Shown: positions 1-13,048 of the stretch, in pieces
Layout: each line of letters opens with the position of its first letter
Numbering within the stretch: the first letter of the stretch is position 1
NCBI GenBank assembly: GCA_964016885.1
Contig: OZ024745.1
Location: forward strand, 111,414,001-111,478,000
From: Eledone cirrhosa
Taxonomy: Eukaryota
Reading direction: 5' to 3'
DNA: 64,000 nt
Program-made: the position numbers and the translations under genes
Notes under the pieces: generated by a model
Told to the model about the DNA's origin: nothing
The model's input: only the letters and a program-made list of their open reading frames with translations
Databases searched by the model: none

Positions 1-900
1 GTGGTGGTGGTGGTGGTGGTGAAGACGAAAATGATGATGATAGTGGTGGTGGTGGTGGTGGTGGTGGTAAAGACGAAAATGATGATGATAGTGGTGGTGG
101 TGGTGATGAAGACAAAAATGATGATAGTGGTGGTGGTGGTGGTGGTGAAGACGAAAATGATGATGATGATAGTGGTGGTGGTGGTGGTGGTGGTGGTAGT
201 AGTGAAGGAGGTGGTGTTTGTGGTGGTGCTGGTGGTGGTGAAGAAGGACAATGATGATGATAGTGGGGGTAGTGATACTGATGATAATGGTGGTGGCGGT
301 GGTAGTGGGGGGGTAGTGGTGAAGATGACAATGATGGTGGTGGTGGCGGCGGTGATGAAGATGACAATGATGGTGGTGGTGGTGGTGGTGGTGGTGGTGG
401 TGGTGATGACAATGATGGTGGTGGTGGTGAAGATGACAATGATGGTGGTGGTGGTGGTGGTGATGACAATGATGGTGGTGGTGGTGGTGAAGATGACAAT
501 GATGGTGGTGGTGGTGGTGGTGATGACAATGATGGTGGTGGTGGTGGTGGTGATGACAATGATGGTGGTGGTGATGAAGACAACAAGGATGATAATGATG
601 ATGATGATGATGATGATAATGGCGGCTGTAGCGGTGGTGGTGGTGGTGGTGGCGGCGGCGGTGGTGGTGGTGGCGGCGGCGGTGGTGGTGGTGGTGGTGG
701 TGGTGGTGGTGGTGGTGGTGGTGGCGGTGGTGGTGGTGGTGGTGATGGTGGTGGTGGTGGTGGTGGTGGTGGTGGTGGTGGCGGTGGTGGTGGTGGCGGT
801 GGTGGCGGTGGTGGTGGCGGTGGTGGTGATGGTGGTGGTGGTGGTGGTGGTGGTGGTGGTGGCGGCGGCGGCGGTGGCGGTGGCGGTGATGTTGATGAGG
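1..900. repeat. (GTG/GAT)n trinucleotide low-complexity array with internal ~30-bp higher-order units
   Basis: Near-pure GTG/GCG/ATG triplets; the 1..960 poly-Val/Met ORF is a by-product. Confidence 0.95.
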
Positions 901-1264
901 ACTGCGGTAATGGAGACAGACAGCAAAGGAATTGAGGACAGTTATGAGCATGGACATTAATTGATTAAATCATCTGGATTGGAGATGATAAAGGAAATGG
1001 AGCTAAACTAAATGAGGAGGAAGGGGAGGAGGAGATGAGAGTAGTGGGGGGGGGGGAACTGGTGGTAGGTAGGTAGGTAGGTAGGTGAGAGGGAAGGAAA
1101 TAGAAGGGAGGAGTGGAAACAGTGACCAGTGGGTGAAAATAAATTGATAAATGAAATAATAATTAGATTTTCATAATTGTAAATAAAGATGAGGGGGAGA
1201 GTATCTGAATGTAATGTTGGTGGAGGGGTGGAGGGAGGAGAAGCCGATAATGAGCAGGTAGAGG

Positions 1265-1344
1265 CTGGAGAGAGAGAGAGAGAGAGAGACTGAAGGAGAC
1301 TGAGAGAGAGAGAGAGAGAGACTGACGGAGACTGAGAGAGACTA

Positions 1345-1375
<31 letters not shown>

Positions 1376-1500
1376 GAGATGAAGGAGAGGGAGATGAAGG
1401 AGAGAGAGATGAAGGAGAGAGAGATGAAGGAGAGGGAGATGAAGGAGAGGGAGATGAAGGAGAGGGAGGTGAAGGAGAGGGAGGTGAAGGGGAGGGAGGT
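1265..1500. repeat. (GA)n microsatellite and 15-bp GATGAAGGAGAGGGA minisatellite
   Basis: Direct reading of tandem units. Confidence 0.9.
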
Positions 1501-1539
1501 TGAGACATGATAATGGGGAAGGGGTTGAATAATCTAAAA

Positions 1540-2670
1540 TATGGTGGTGGTAGTGGTGATAGCAGTAATGGTGATGGTGGTGGTGATAGCAGTGATGGTG
1601 GTGGTGTTGGTAGTGGTGGTCGCCGGTGGTGGTGGTGGTCGCGGTGATGGTGGTGGTATGGTGGTGGGGGTATGGTGATGGTATGGTGGTGGTGGTGGTG
1701 GTGGTGGCGGTGATGGTGATAACAGCGATGGCGATGGTTACGGTAGTGGTGGTCGCCGGTGGTGTTGGTGTTGTGGTGGTGGTGGTGGTGTTATGGTGTT
1801 GATGGTGGTGGTTTGGTGGTGGTGGTGTTATGGTGTTGGTGGTGGTGGTGGTGTTATGGTGTTGGTGGCGGTGGTGGTGGTGGTGTTATGGTGTTGGTGG
1901 CGGTGGTGGTGGTGGTGTTATGGTGTTGGTGGTGGTGGTGGTGGTGGTGGTGGTGTTATGGTGTTGGTGGTGGTGGTGGTGGTGTTATGGTGTTGGTGGT
2001 GGTGGTGGTGGTGGTGGTGGTGGTGGTGGTGGTGGTGGTGGTGGTGGTGGTGGTGTTATGGTGTTGGTGGTGGTGGTGGTGGTGGTGGTGGTGTTATGGT
2101 GTTGGTGGTGGTGGTGGTGGTGGTGGTGGTGGTATGGTGTTGGTGGTGGTGGTGGTGGTGGTGGTGGTGTTATGGTGTTGGTGGTGGTGGTGGTGGTGGT
2201 GGTGGTGGTGGTGGTGGTGTTATGGTGTTGGTGGTGGTGGTGTTGTAAGGGGAGGAACTGAAGTAGGTGATTAAAAGAAAAGATGAGAGAGAACTGGACA
2301 AGAATGGATAAAAGTTCTGCTGCCATTGAAAATAACAATAAACAATAAAACATTGGAATCTGAAAATAAACTTGAAACAGGAAATCATCAACATGATATT
2401 AATTGACATAAAGGACATTGATGGTGGTGGTGGTGGTGGTGGTGGTGGTGGTGGTGGTGGCAGTGGTGGTGGTGGCGGTGGCGGTGGTGGTGGTGGTGGT
2501 GATGGTGGTGGTGGTGGTGGTGGTGGCAGTGGTGGTGATGCTGGTGGTGGTGTTGGTAGTGATATGTGGGTAGTGGTGGTGGTGGTGGTGGTGGTGGTGG
2601 CAGTGGTGGTGATGCTGGTGGTGGTGTTGGTAGTGATATGTGGGTAGTGGTGGTGGTGGTGGTGGTGGGT
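1540..2670. repeat. (GGT)n arrays with recurring GTTATGGTGTT interruptions
   Basis: Direct reading; explains the overlapping poly-G/V/W/P ORFs. Confidence 0.95.
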
Positions 2671-2759
2671 GAGGTTAGTGATGATCAACAGTGATGGGTT
2701 ACATTAGTTGGAAATACAAAGACAAGGTACAGAGATGTACATAATTTTAAACAGAATTA

Positions 2760-2970
2760 AATAATTGTTTCTACTTAAGGCATAAGGCTACTAATTTGAA
2801 GGGGAGGGGAAAGTCAATTAAATCAACCTCAGTACATTACTGGTGCTTTATTTTATTGACTCCGTAAGGATGAAAGGCAAAGCTAACCTCGGCGGGATTT
2901 TAACTCAGAACACAAAGGGCCATAACTCTATGCTGGTGTCTGACGCTCTACCGATACTGCCAATCCACCA
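2760..2970 (-). mobile_element. tRNA-derived SINE family A, long form
   Basis: Matches the complete copy at 21546-21729: B-box-like GTTxAAATCC, core GCCTTTCATCCTTACGG..ATAAAATAAAG.ACCAGTAATG, AAT tail. Confidence 0.85.
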
Positions 2971-3064
2971 CTACCACCACACCACAACACAACAGAAGTA
3001 AATAATGAAAACAAATTAAAACATTGTTTATTTTTAAGGTGGAAGGCGATTGAGAACAATTTAA

Positions 3065-4570
3065 CCCTTTTGATACCAAACTACCAGAAAATGACCTGGA
3101 ATTATGATACAAAAACTACCCATTTTTAAATATTTATACTTATATTCAATCTTTCCATCATAATTTTATTTAAGAAATTTGTTTTAACTAATGTTCTGAA
3201 TGATTTCTGATTTAGGCACGAGGCCAACAATTTGAGGAGATGGGAAAGTCGATTTGATTGATCCCAGTGCATTACTGATACTTTATTTTATCGATCTCGT
3301 AAGAATGAAAGGCAAAGCTAACCTCAGTGGGATTTGAAACCAGGCCGTAAAGGGATGTAACTCTATGCTGCAAAAACATGGTGTTTTTGACAATACTGCC
3401 AAATAATTGTTTCTACTTTTGGCACAAGGCCTGCAATTACCCAGTGCATTACTGGTACTTTATTTTATGACCCCGTAAGAATGAAAGGCAAAGTTAACCT
3501 CAGTGGGATTTGAAACCAGACCGTAAAGGGATGTAACTCTATGCTGCAAAAACATGGTATTTTTGACAATACTGCCAAATAATTGTTTCTACTTTTGGCA
3601 CAAGGCCTGCAATTACCCAGTGCATTACTGGTACTTTATTTTATGACCCCGTAAGAATGAAAGGCAAAGTTAACCTCAGTGGGATTTGAAACCAGACCGT
3701 AAAGGGATGTAACTCTATGCTGCAAAAACATGGTGTTTTTGACAATACTGCCAAATAATTGTTTCTACTTTTGGCACAAGGCCTGCAATTACCCAGTGCA
3801 TTACTGGTACTTTATTTTATGACCCCGTAAGAATGAAAGGCAAAGTTAACCTCAGTGGGATTTGAAACCAGACCGTAAAGGGATGTAACTCTATGCTGCA
3901 AAAACATGGTGTTTTTGACAATACTGCCAAATAATTGTTTCTACTTTTGGCACAAGGCCTGCAATTACCCAGTGCATTACTGGTACTTTATTTTATGACC
4001 CCATAAGAATGAAAGGCAAAGTTAACCTCAGTGGGATTTGAAACCAGACCGTAAAGGGATGTAACTCTATGCTGCAAAAACATGGTGTTTTTGACAATAC
4101 TGCCAAATAATTGTTTCTACTTTTGGCACAAGGCCTGCAATTACCCAGTGCATTACTGGTACTTTATTTTATGACCCCGTAAGAATGAAAGGCAAAGTTA
4201 ACCTCAGTGGGATTTGAAACCAGACCGTAAAGGGATGTAACTCTATGCTGCAAAAACATGGTGTTTTTGACAATACTGCCAAATAATTGTTTCTACTTTT
4301 GGCACAAGGCCTGCAATTATCCAGTGCATTACTGGTACTTTATTTTATGACCCCGTAAGGATGAAAGACAAAGTTAACCTCAGTGGTATTTGAACTCAGA
4401 CCATAAAGGGCCGTAACTATTCTGCAAAGCATGGCGTCCAATGATCTACCGATACTGCCAAATAATGAAAAACGGTTATTTTAGTAAATTTCACTAAATA
4501 TTAAGATAATTCCAAAATAAACTGAAGCACATAGACTGTGTATTTCATTAGAAATACAATAATGAAAGGG
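3065..4570. mobile_element. piggyBac-type MITE (family 1) interrupted by a SINE-A tandem array
   Basis: TTAA|CCCTTT at 3061-3070 and AAAGGG|TTAA at 4565-4574; the same ends occur in opposite orientation at 17238-17880. Confidence 0.7.
3205..4465 (-). repeat. 176-bp tandem array made of SINE family A units (~7 units)
   Basis: GGCACAAGGC recurs at 3421, 3597, 3773, 3949, 4125, 4301 (period 176); units nearly identical. Confidence 0.95.
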
Positions 4571-4721
4571 TTAAAAAGACAAAGACATTGCTGAAGATGA
4601 TGGAGAAGGAAATGAAAAGGCAGGGGTGGTGAGGTGAGATACAGTCAATAGGAGAAAATGGAAAAACTTATCATCTGGCCAACAAGGCTAATACTTGCTT
4701 TAACAGAGAAAATTACCTTAA

Positions 4722-4941
4722 CTCTTTAGCATTTAAACTGCCCATATCCAGCCAGAATTGTCTCACCTCTTTCTGTTCAAACCGGCTTAACTGGCCACTC
4801 ATACCAACGTTAAGGCAATGTTCTCAAAATAAATAACATCAAAATCTCATAGATTCAATATTATGTGAAATAATTATGTGAGATAAAGCCTTTACCGTGA
4901 ATATATAATAGTAAATATAGAGTAATGTAAAAGCAAAAAGG
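4722..4941. mobile_element. piggyBac-type MITE (family 2)
   Basis: TTAA|CTCTTTAGCATTT ... GCAAAAAGG|TTAA; homologous to 19072-19288, 17427-17642 and ~52630-52836. Confidence 0.75.
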
Positions 4942-5199
4942 TTAAAATGCTTGTAGTGTTGCACATATATTTCAATAGACTACAAACACTGCCATAAATG
5001 AAATAACTACAGCTGGCAATCAAAAACAGGTTGAAGACTCAGTTTGCTAGGGAACTTATATATCTACTCAAATAACATGTACACAAAGATACTATAAAGA
5101 TACAGATTATGTATACAAGTTAATTCTTTATATCATAAGCAATCAGAAGCATAAGATAATCAGTATACTATATTATAAATAGTTTTTTTTTTTTTCCTT

Positions 5200-5522
5200 T
5201 TAATCCTGTAATTCCTGGGCACCAGGAGATGGGTATTTTAAACCTGGAGAAGCCCATCCCTCTACAGGTTCAAAAACAGCCAATTTATTTAAAGGAAGAA
5301 GAGGAGAGTGATAGAGAGGAAGAAGAAGAGAGTGATAGAGAGGAAGTGAGAAAGAAATATAAAGTAAGAATTGGCCTCAATGCTGGACTGGTATAATTTT
5401 ATCAACCTCGAAGCGATAAAAGACAAAGTTGACCTTGGCAGGATTTGAAATAAGAGTGCCAGAACAAATATTGCAAAGCATTCTCTTTGATGTTCTAATG
5501 ACTCTGCCAATTTTCCACCTTA
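5200..5522 (-). mobile_element. SINE with family-A-like head and a different tail (family D)
   Basis: Head AAAGTTGACCTTGGCAGGATTTGAA plus tail segment (CCATCCCTCT..CAGCCAATTT..ATAGAGAGGAAGTGAGA) shared with 33805-34145. Confidence 0.6.
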
Positions 5523-5736
5523 AACAGGGTTTTACATATGACAAATAAGAGACAGAGAATAACATACAGACATAGAATACTTCTACTAAAAGCTGCTTAT
5601 CAATAAGCTCTATTGATTGCCTTAAGAATTGCATTTAAATTTATTCACCCACAGCATTTGTTGGAGCTCTTCCCACAGGCTCTACTGGAAGTAGTTATAT
5701 TGAAGACAAGTAACAAATGCCTTTTTTTATTTGTTG

Positions 5737-6140
5737 CTTCTTCTCTTCTTTTTCTTTGCCCACTTATTCCTGGGAGGTTTGTTGGGGGACAGTCCTCAAG
5801 CATGCCTTCCAGTGGGCCCTGTCAGAAGCATTTGTCTCTAATTGATCTGGCTGGATCCCCAAGTGAGAAGAACCAAGCTCATTGATATCATCCAACCATT
5901 TTGCTTGGAGTCTGCCATTGGGTCTCCTGCTGATTGGTTTTGTTTGACGTCTACCATTGGGTCTCCTGCCGATTGGTTTTGTTTGGAGTCTTCCATTGGG
6001 TCTTCTGCCGATTGGTTTTGTTTGGAGTCTGCCATTGGGTCTTCTGCCGATTGGTTTTGTTTGGAGTCTGCCATTGGGTCTTCTGCCAATTGGTTTTGTT
6101 TGGCGTCTACCATTGGGTTTTCTGCTGATTAGTTTTGCCC
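5737..6140 (-). mobile_element. RTE-clade LINE 3' remnant containing a 39-bp tandem expansion
   Basis: Minus strand reads RPNGRLQAKWLDDINELGSSHLGIQPDQL, homologous to the C-terminus at 36610-36700; ~6 copies of GATTGGTTTTGTTTGGAGTCTGCCATTGGGTCTTCTGCC at 5898-6131. Confidence 0.75.
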
Positions 6141-6945
6141 GTAAAATCTGTCCAGTGATTCTTATTTGTTACTTGTTTTCAAAATAAACTACATTTACTT
6201 TATTTCTATGAAATATGAAAATTTTGCATATTAGAGACACCAACATATAACATCCATTCTGTCAATCTGGATGCACTTCAAGACTTAGTTATCTATCCTA
6301 CACTCTTCTTTCTCTTCAAAGAAATAGTGAAAGAACATTACACACAATGTAGATATGTAGAATAGTGTATTGTTTTCAATCATGTAAAACATCACAGAAT
6401 GTAGTAAACAAGAGCAGAGCTTACAGAAACTGCAGTTTTGTTGTTTTTCTGTTCATTCTTCTGATGGTTACTGTAAAATATTTTCAGCAACCACCTTGCT
6501 TGATTACTCAGAGATTATGTGACCAAGATAACTAAACTCTTTGACATTCTTGATAAGAAGGTTATAAACCTAGAAGCAAGATCACCTAATGATTTTGGAG
6601 ACATTAAAAGGCCATAGGAGCAGAAACACAGAAGACAAACAAAATTATAATCTTCTAAAATGTCTGAGACAGAAAAGATAAAAGCCAAATTTAATGAAAA
6701 AAGAAAAAAAAAAGAATGTCACATGGCTTCAGACAAAAATGGTACATAAACAGAAAGTAGAACAAAATTCCTCAGTTGGCATAAATAAAACAAAAAAAAT
6801 AAGAGGAGATAGCTGAGGGGGAGGTGGCAGAGGAGGAGGAAGATTAAATTAATTTCAAAACATCTAACTTTCTTCATTTATTCCTTATATATATATATAT
6901 ATATATATAGATATATATATATATATATATATATATTCATTTATT

Positions 6946-6976
<31 letters not shown>

Positions 6977-7107
6977 AGAATGAATGCTTGGGATAGTAGA
7001 GTGGGTAATATGAAGAATTTGGGACCCCAACAGCTGAGCTCTTGCCATTTCAATAGCTAGCTGTTGAAACAGCAGGAGCTCAGCCATCGAGGTCCCAAAT
7101 TTTTCAT

Positions 7108-7326
7108 CACGCTGTAATGTGGCCGTGTAGGCAACACGGTAAAAACCTCCCAGCCCCACACTGTAAACGTGGTTGGTGTTAGGAAGGGCATCCAGCTGTA
7201 GATATCCCGCCAGACAGTCCTATGCGAGCAAGACAACCACTCTTGCCTCAAGTGGGAAAACCCCCGTCCAAACCCATGCAAGCGTGGAACACGGACGCTA
7301 AACCTGATGATGATGATGATGATGAT
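7108..7326 (+). mobile_element. SINE-like family C (GGTTGGTGTTAGGAAGGGCATCCAGCTGTAG domain, (TGA)n tail)
   Basis: Nearly identical to 13605-13812; ends in (TGA)n. Confidence 0.8.
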
Positions 7327-7724
7327 ATTGTGTAGAGAATAGAATAAAATTGTTTACTTCATTTTGACATTCAGAGCTACCATAGTTTATTCATATCTTT
7401 TTTGTCTTGTTTTTGTTCGTTTTTTCCCTCCTCTAACACATCATAATACAATGCTGTTACATACATTGTTCATAATAATTTTAACATATTCTTGAATCAA
7501 TGAAGACAACATTTTTTTTTTTTTTTAAATCCTGAAGAAGTTATCTAATGGATTCAAAATAGATATACATTAGCAATTAAAATACACATTATGTTGAATT
7601 TTATATTTTTGTTTTATGTGAATTTAACCATACAAGCCAAGACTGAAGGATCCCCTCCAAATTATTGCTATTTTATGGATTGGTGGAACAATAGGATGAT
7701 TTTAGAAGCAGACTGATTTTATTT

Positions 7725-7882
7725 AAATAATTGTTTCTACTTTTGGCACAAGGCCAGCAATTATCCTAGTGTATTACTGGTACTTTATTTAATTGACCCC
7801 ATAAGGATGAAAGGCAAAGTTAACCTCGGCGGGATTTGAACTCAGACCATAAAGGGCCGTAACTCTTTGCTGCAAAGCATGG
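7725..7882 (-). mobile_element. SINE family A, short form, 5'-truncated
   Basis: Same core and tail as other family A copies. Confidence 0.85.
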
Positions 7883-8489
7883 CGAATGTTTATTTGTTGT
7901 TGCTTTTTATGATTTTGTAAGAAAGGACAGTACCTGTGGCCTTCACGTGTCCTAAAGGTCTGGTGAGATTGACATGGTTGATAATCACTATGAACATCTG
8001 TGAGCAGATGTCTACAGGAAAAATGTGGGCAGGGAGAGAATTCTAGAAGACAGATGCTAAGAGAAGGAAATACTACTATCTGGCCCCTTGGTGTCTCACT
8101 GCTTATCAGAATGTTCATATAAAAAAGTCTTCTTAGCAAGAGTCTGACATGAAATAGAAAAGAGGGCCAGATCCATGCTAATACCTCAGAAGCCTTACCT
8201 ATCAAATACTATCATCATCATCATTTAACATCCATTTTCCCTGCTAACAAGGGCTGGATGGGTCTCCACAGACCGAGTAAGTACTGAGTGGGGTTACTGA
8301 CTTACCAGACAGGCGGGGGTTTCACATGTTACATACAGTCCCACATTCTACTGAGTGCATTTTATTGTGACACCAGCACTAGAGAGGTTGTCATGTCTTT
8401 GACACAATGGAAGGTCTTCCCAGCCCTTTGTTTGGGAATCTTGTTTGGGATACCCTTCCTACCACCAGCTACTTTACAGTTTGAACTGA

Positions 8490-9275
8490 GTATGGAGTTC
8501 AAGTGATGAGGAGAGGTAATTTGAAGAGAAGCAATAGAATCGAGGTACCAACAGGTGAGGTGATAAAGGAGATTGACACCAAAGAGGGATATTGGTATAT
8601 GGGTGTTTTGGGTGCAGATAACATCATGGACAAAAAAATGAAGGAGATAAGATCTGAATACATAAGGAAAGTAAGGAACATACTAAAATCACATCTGAAT
8701 AATAAAATGCCATAAGTGCAGTAAATTCTCGAGCTGTGTCTATTATTAAGTACAGTGCAGGAATTCTTAAATAGAATATAAATAAGCAAAAAGAACTGGA
8801 TAGAAAGACAAGGAAACTGATAACTTCCTACAGTATGTTTCATAAGAAGGGTGATGCTGAGAGTCTGTACTTAAAGAGATCTGAAGGTCTTGTCAGTGTG
8901 AAGGACTGTGTTCAGATGAAGAAGAGACAAATATATGTCTGAGAGTAACAAGCCAATGCTTAAGACTGTATTGAAGGAGGAGATAATAGACCAGGTGATA
9001 GCCAAAAAAGAAGTAGACAAAGAGGAAGAACCTGAAAGAAAAAGCCTTTCATAGAATCCTTTTTAAGAAAACTGAATCCAGAGATCTGCATCAAACATTA
9101 GCCCAGGCCACTTTTTTGGAACACTTCAAAAGGCATGCTTATTGGGAACAGCAAGGACCCTCTTATACATCCTGAATATCTGAGGCTGCAGATAGTGGCT
9201 TGATGTTCATTTGGGCAAATTTTCCAGTTAAATAACATCAATGATTGAGATATTAAATTAATAATAATGATAATT
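8490..9275 (+). pseudogene. Decayed R4/Dong-clade non-LTR retrotransposon 3' portion
   Basis: Translations GYWYMGVLGADNIMDKKMKE..EYIRKVRNILKS, AVSIIKYSAGIL, ELDRKTRKLIT, HKKGDAESLYLKRSEG and terminal KACLLGTAR, followed by (TAA)-like tail; stops and frameshifts. Confidence 0.8.
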
Positions 9276-11859
9276 GAGCACTCTTATATGACTGAATATC
9301 ATACTGTTGTAAATATGATTTTAAACAGATAATATGCACATATATAAAGCAAATGATATACTTGTAACTGTGTTAAGTGTGTGGCATGAACAATCTGGTG
9401 TGTTTATTTTTGTGGCTTATCAATGTATTCAGTGAGTTTCTTTACCCTGGGTGTCAGCAAGAAATGGAAACAAAACTGAAGAAAGAGGAAACAAACAACA
9501 ATAACAATCTATTTGAAAACAAAATAGTTGTCAAAAAGAAGTGAAGAACTATTATTGTTTATCTAAAGGAACTGCAATAAAATGAAGTTTTATTTATTAA
9601 TCCCACAAATTTTTGTTTTAAGTATCCTCCGTCTAAGCATATCAATCCAGTAAAACCCAGAATATGGTACTTATAGTCTCAACTAATATTATACAACAGT
9701 TTACGATTACTACACTGTAATATACTCTAACAATTTCAAGTAAAAATATAATACTGTTTCAAATAAAATGATGTATATCAACAAAAATTGTCTTATGGAA
9801 AAAATAAAAGAGTAGGCTTATGTTTTGGTATGAAGTATTATATAGAATCTGAATGAGTAAAGAAGGAAGTTTTCTTTGTCACTGATACTGCTTTCTTTCT
9901 TAATCTATCATCCAGCTATGTTAATTAGTCATCAGATACTTGTTTCCTTCCATTCTCCAATTCATTTATGTAGGCTGTTTATCAGATCATCATCATCATC
10001 ACTGTTTAATGTCCACTTTTCCATGCTAGCAAGTATGTGTATTTCCTTCAAATATGAGGTTCAACAAGGAGACTTATTAGAGGGACAGTTCTTTCCTTCT
10101 GAACGCTGGTCTAACAACTGTGCCAAAAACAAGGGCACAACAAAGCCAACATCAGCATTGCTCCTCAATTCTTCCAGTCTATGAATATCTCTCACAGTAC
10201 ATTGATACAATATATAAGACAGCTGACATAATAGCAACCAAAGTTCTGTGATCTTACACAGTTCATCGAGACATCAGAGACAAGATAGTTTATCCTGACA
10301 TGTCTTTTGTGAGAATCTAACAATGCCACAAGGTGATGAATTGACAGAGTCATTAGAACACCAGACAGAATGATTTGCAGTATTTGTTCTGGCTGTCTGC
10401 ATTCTCTGAGTTCTAATCCCGCTGAAGTCAACTTTGTCTTTCACCCTTTCATGGTTGATAAATAAAGTACCATTCCAATAGTGGGGTTGATTCTTCCTCT
10501 ACATTTTTTTTCTCACGTCTTCTCTCTCTCACTCACTTTCCCTCATTGGAAGAAATCGGTTGTGTTCAGATGTGGAGAGAAGATGGGCTCTGCCAGTTTT
10601 AAAAATGCCCCAAAAATGCAGTATTTCACTACAGAACCTCGACAACCCCCATTTGGAGTTATTGGTACATACATACAACAATGCCATCCCAAGGTTCAGA
10701 TCTGGTCCATCATTGTAGCAGAGATGTTCAATACCCAAATAAAAATATCAGTCACACTGCAAAATTTTAGGGCTAATTTTTAATGCCAGTATAAGACAGT
10801 AAAGCTAGACATATATATGTTATATTAAAGCAAGTATTTGTTATTGAACAGCTCTAGTCAGTTCTATTTCCACAGAGTTAAGTAAGTGACAGAGATCAAT
10901 AATTGAATGCTTGAAGTCAAGAAGTAGATTTACTACACTAGATATGTAAATTTCCAAGGAAAACGGATGTTAAAGGATTATGATGATGATGATGATGATG
11001 ATGAGGATGATGATGATGATGAGGATGATGATGATGATGTCAATGAGATAGTTTGGATAAGTGTTAAAACAATTAACATGATAACTGTACACACTATTAA
11101 TCTTCTCTTTAGAATGGGTATATTTACACTACAGTATCAATCTTTGATTGTCATCAGGTCTCTTATTCCTGGATATGTATACATAATCCCAGATTGAATT
11201 CACATTAAGAACAATCAATGCCAAACGAAAGGCAGCATTTCCCCTTTCTCCACTATCGACATTTTGTACACTTACATACATACATTCCCAAGAATGAGAC
11301 AGCTGATAACAATTGGCAATTAAACCAATCAGAATGTAGTATACATATAGATATTGTAAATATAAACTCTAAAGATAATGTTAATAGCACAGAAAATTAT
11401 AGCCTTAATAACAATCTTAGACATCTAGCTATTTAGCAAGGTTTTAAGTATGATTTTTTTGTTTTTTAGTCTATATTGTAGCAGTACTGTCTGGGATTCA
11501 CAAGTGGTTTCTGTATTAAAGTTAGCAATGAATCTATTGGAAGAGATTAAACCGCTACATAAAGTAGAATGCACAAATATATTATACCCCACACACTGGT
11601 TTCAAGCCCTCACAGGCTTTCTCAAGCAAGTGTTATTTTTCATGCTTAATACTTTTAACAAGCACAATCAATTTGTCTGTAATTTCATGCTACAAGAACT
11701 GAGATGATTAGAGTGACAGTTGTACTGTGCTTAAGGACACAATACAGGATTGGAATTATAATCAACAGTCTAAGGATGAAATAAATACCATCACAATTCA
11801 TCTATGAAAAGAAAATTACCATTTAATAATGAGTTAAATAACAAAAATATCACTTGAAG

Positions 11860-12135
11860 TATGATGATGATGAAGTATGATGATGATGATGATGGTGATA
11901 GTGGTGATGGTGATGGTGGTGGTGGTGGTGATGGTGATGGTGGTGGTGGTGGTGGTGATGATGGTGGTGATGGTGATGATGGTGGGTGATGATGGTGGTG
12001 GTGATGATGACGACAATGATGATGATGGTGGTGGTGGTGATGGTGATGGAGGTGGTGATGATGATGATGGTGACGGTGGTGGTGGTGGTAATGATGGTGA
12101 TGATGATGATGGTGAGGGTAATGATGGTGATGGTA

Positions 12136-12173
<38 letters not shown>

Positions 12174-12332
12174 AATGATGATGATGATGGTAATGATGAT
12201 GATGGTAATGATGATGATGATGATGATGATGGTAATGATCATGATGATGATGACAATGATGATGACGATGATGATGTTGATGAGGGGGTAATGATGGGGA
12301 TGGTGGAAATGGCAGAGTGATGATGATGATGA
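11860..12332. repeat. (GAT/GGT)n trinucleotide array
   Basis: Direct reading. Confidence 0.95.
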
Positions 12333-12539
12333 TGGGGAGGAGAGGGAGGAGGATTCCTTACATGAGGAAAAAGCCACAAATTTGAAGGAGATAAGGATAA
12401 CTGTCAACTACCTAGACCCTCCCCCAGTATTTGACTGGTATTTATTTGATTGACCGGAGATGGATGAAATGCAAAACCAACCTTCGTGGGGTTTGACACA
12501 CAAAACATTTTCTTTGACACTCTACTGACACTTAGTAGT

Positions 12540-12928
12540 GTGGCGGGGGAGGGGAATAAGCAGGAGGAGGGGGGGGGATAATGTGAGGGGGGGTAAAACA
12601 GAGAGAGGGGGAATAAAGCGGGGGGTAAAGTGAGAGGGGGTAACGGGGGTATGGGGGGGGTAAACGGGGTGGAAGGGAATAAAGTGGTGGGGTGGGGGAG
12701 TAAAACGGGGGGAAGGGAATAAAGCGGAGGGGGGAATAAAGCGGATGGGGAGGGATAAAGCAGGGGGATGGGGGAATAAAGTGTGGGGGGGATAAAGCGG
12801 GGGGAGGGGGAATAATGTGAGGAGGGATAAAACAGGGGGGGATAAAACAGAGGGAAGAGGAATAAAGCGGGGGAGGGTAGAACAAAGCGGGGAGGGGAGG
12901 GGGGGGGAGGGGGATAAGGGCGGGGAAC
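12540..12928. repeat. G-rich degenerate minisatellite (GGGGGAATAAAGCGGGG-like, ~18-20 bp)
   Basis: Repeated G-runs separated by ATAAAGC/GTAAAAC spacers. Confidence 0.85.
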
Positions 12929-13048
12929 AATTAAGAAAATCCTCTTTGCTTACCCTCCTACAGACAAATAAAATATGTAAACATACATATACACCCATAG
13001 TTAACATACATATGCATATACACCCATAGTAAACATACATATACATAT

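Noticed and set aside
1-2688. Long poly-Val/Gly/Trp/Pro ORFs
   Set aside because: Produced by (GGT)n arrays lacking stops; open in several frames and strands, no domain content.
3400-4330. Regular repeat array resembling CRISPR
   Set aside because: Whole 176-bp units repeat with no unique spacers, units are SINE-derived, and there are no cas genes.
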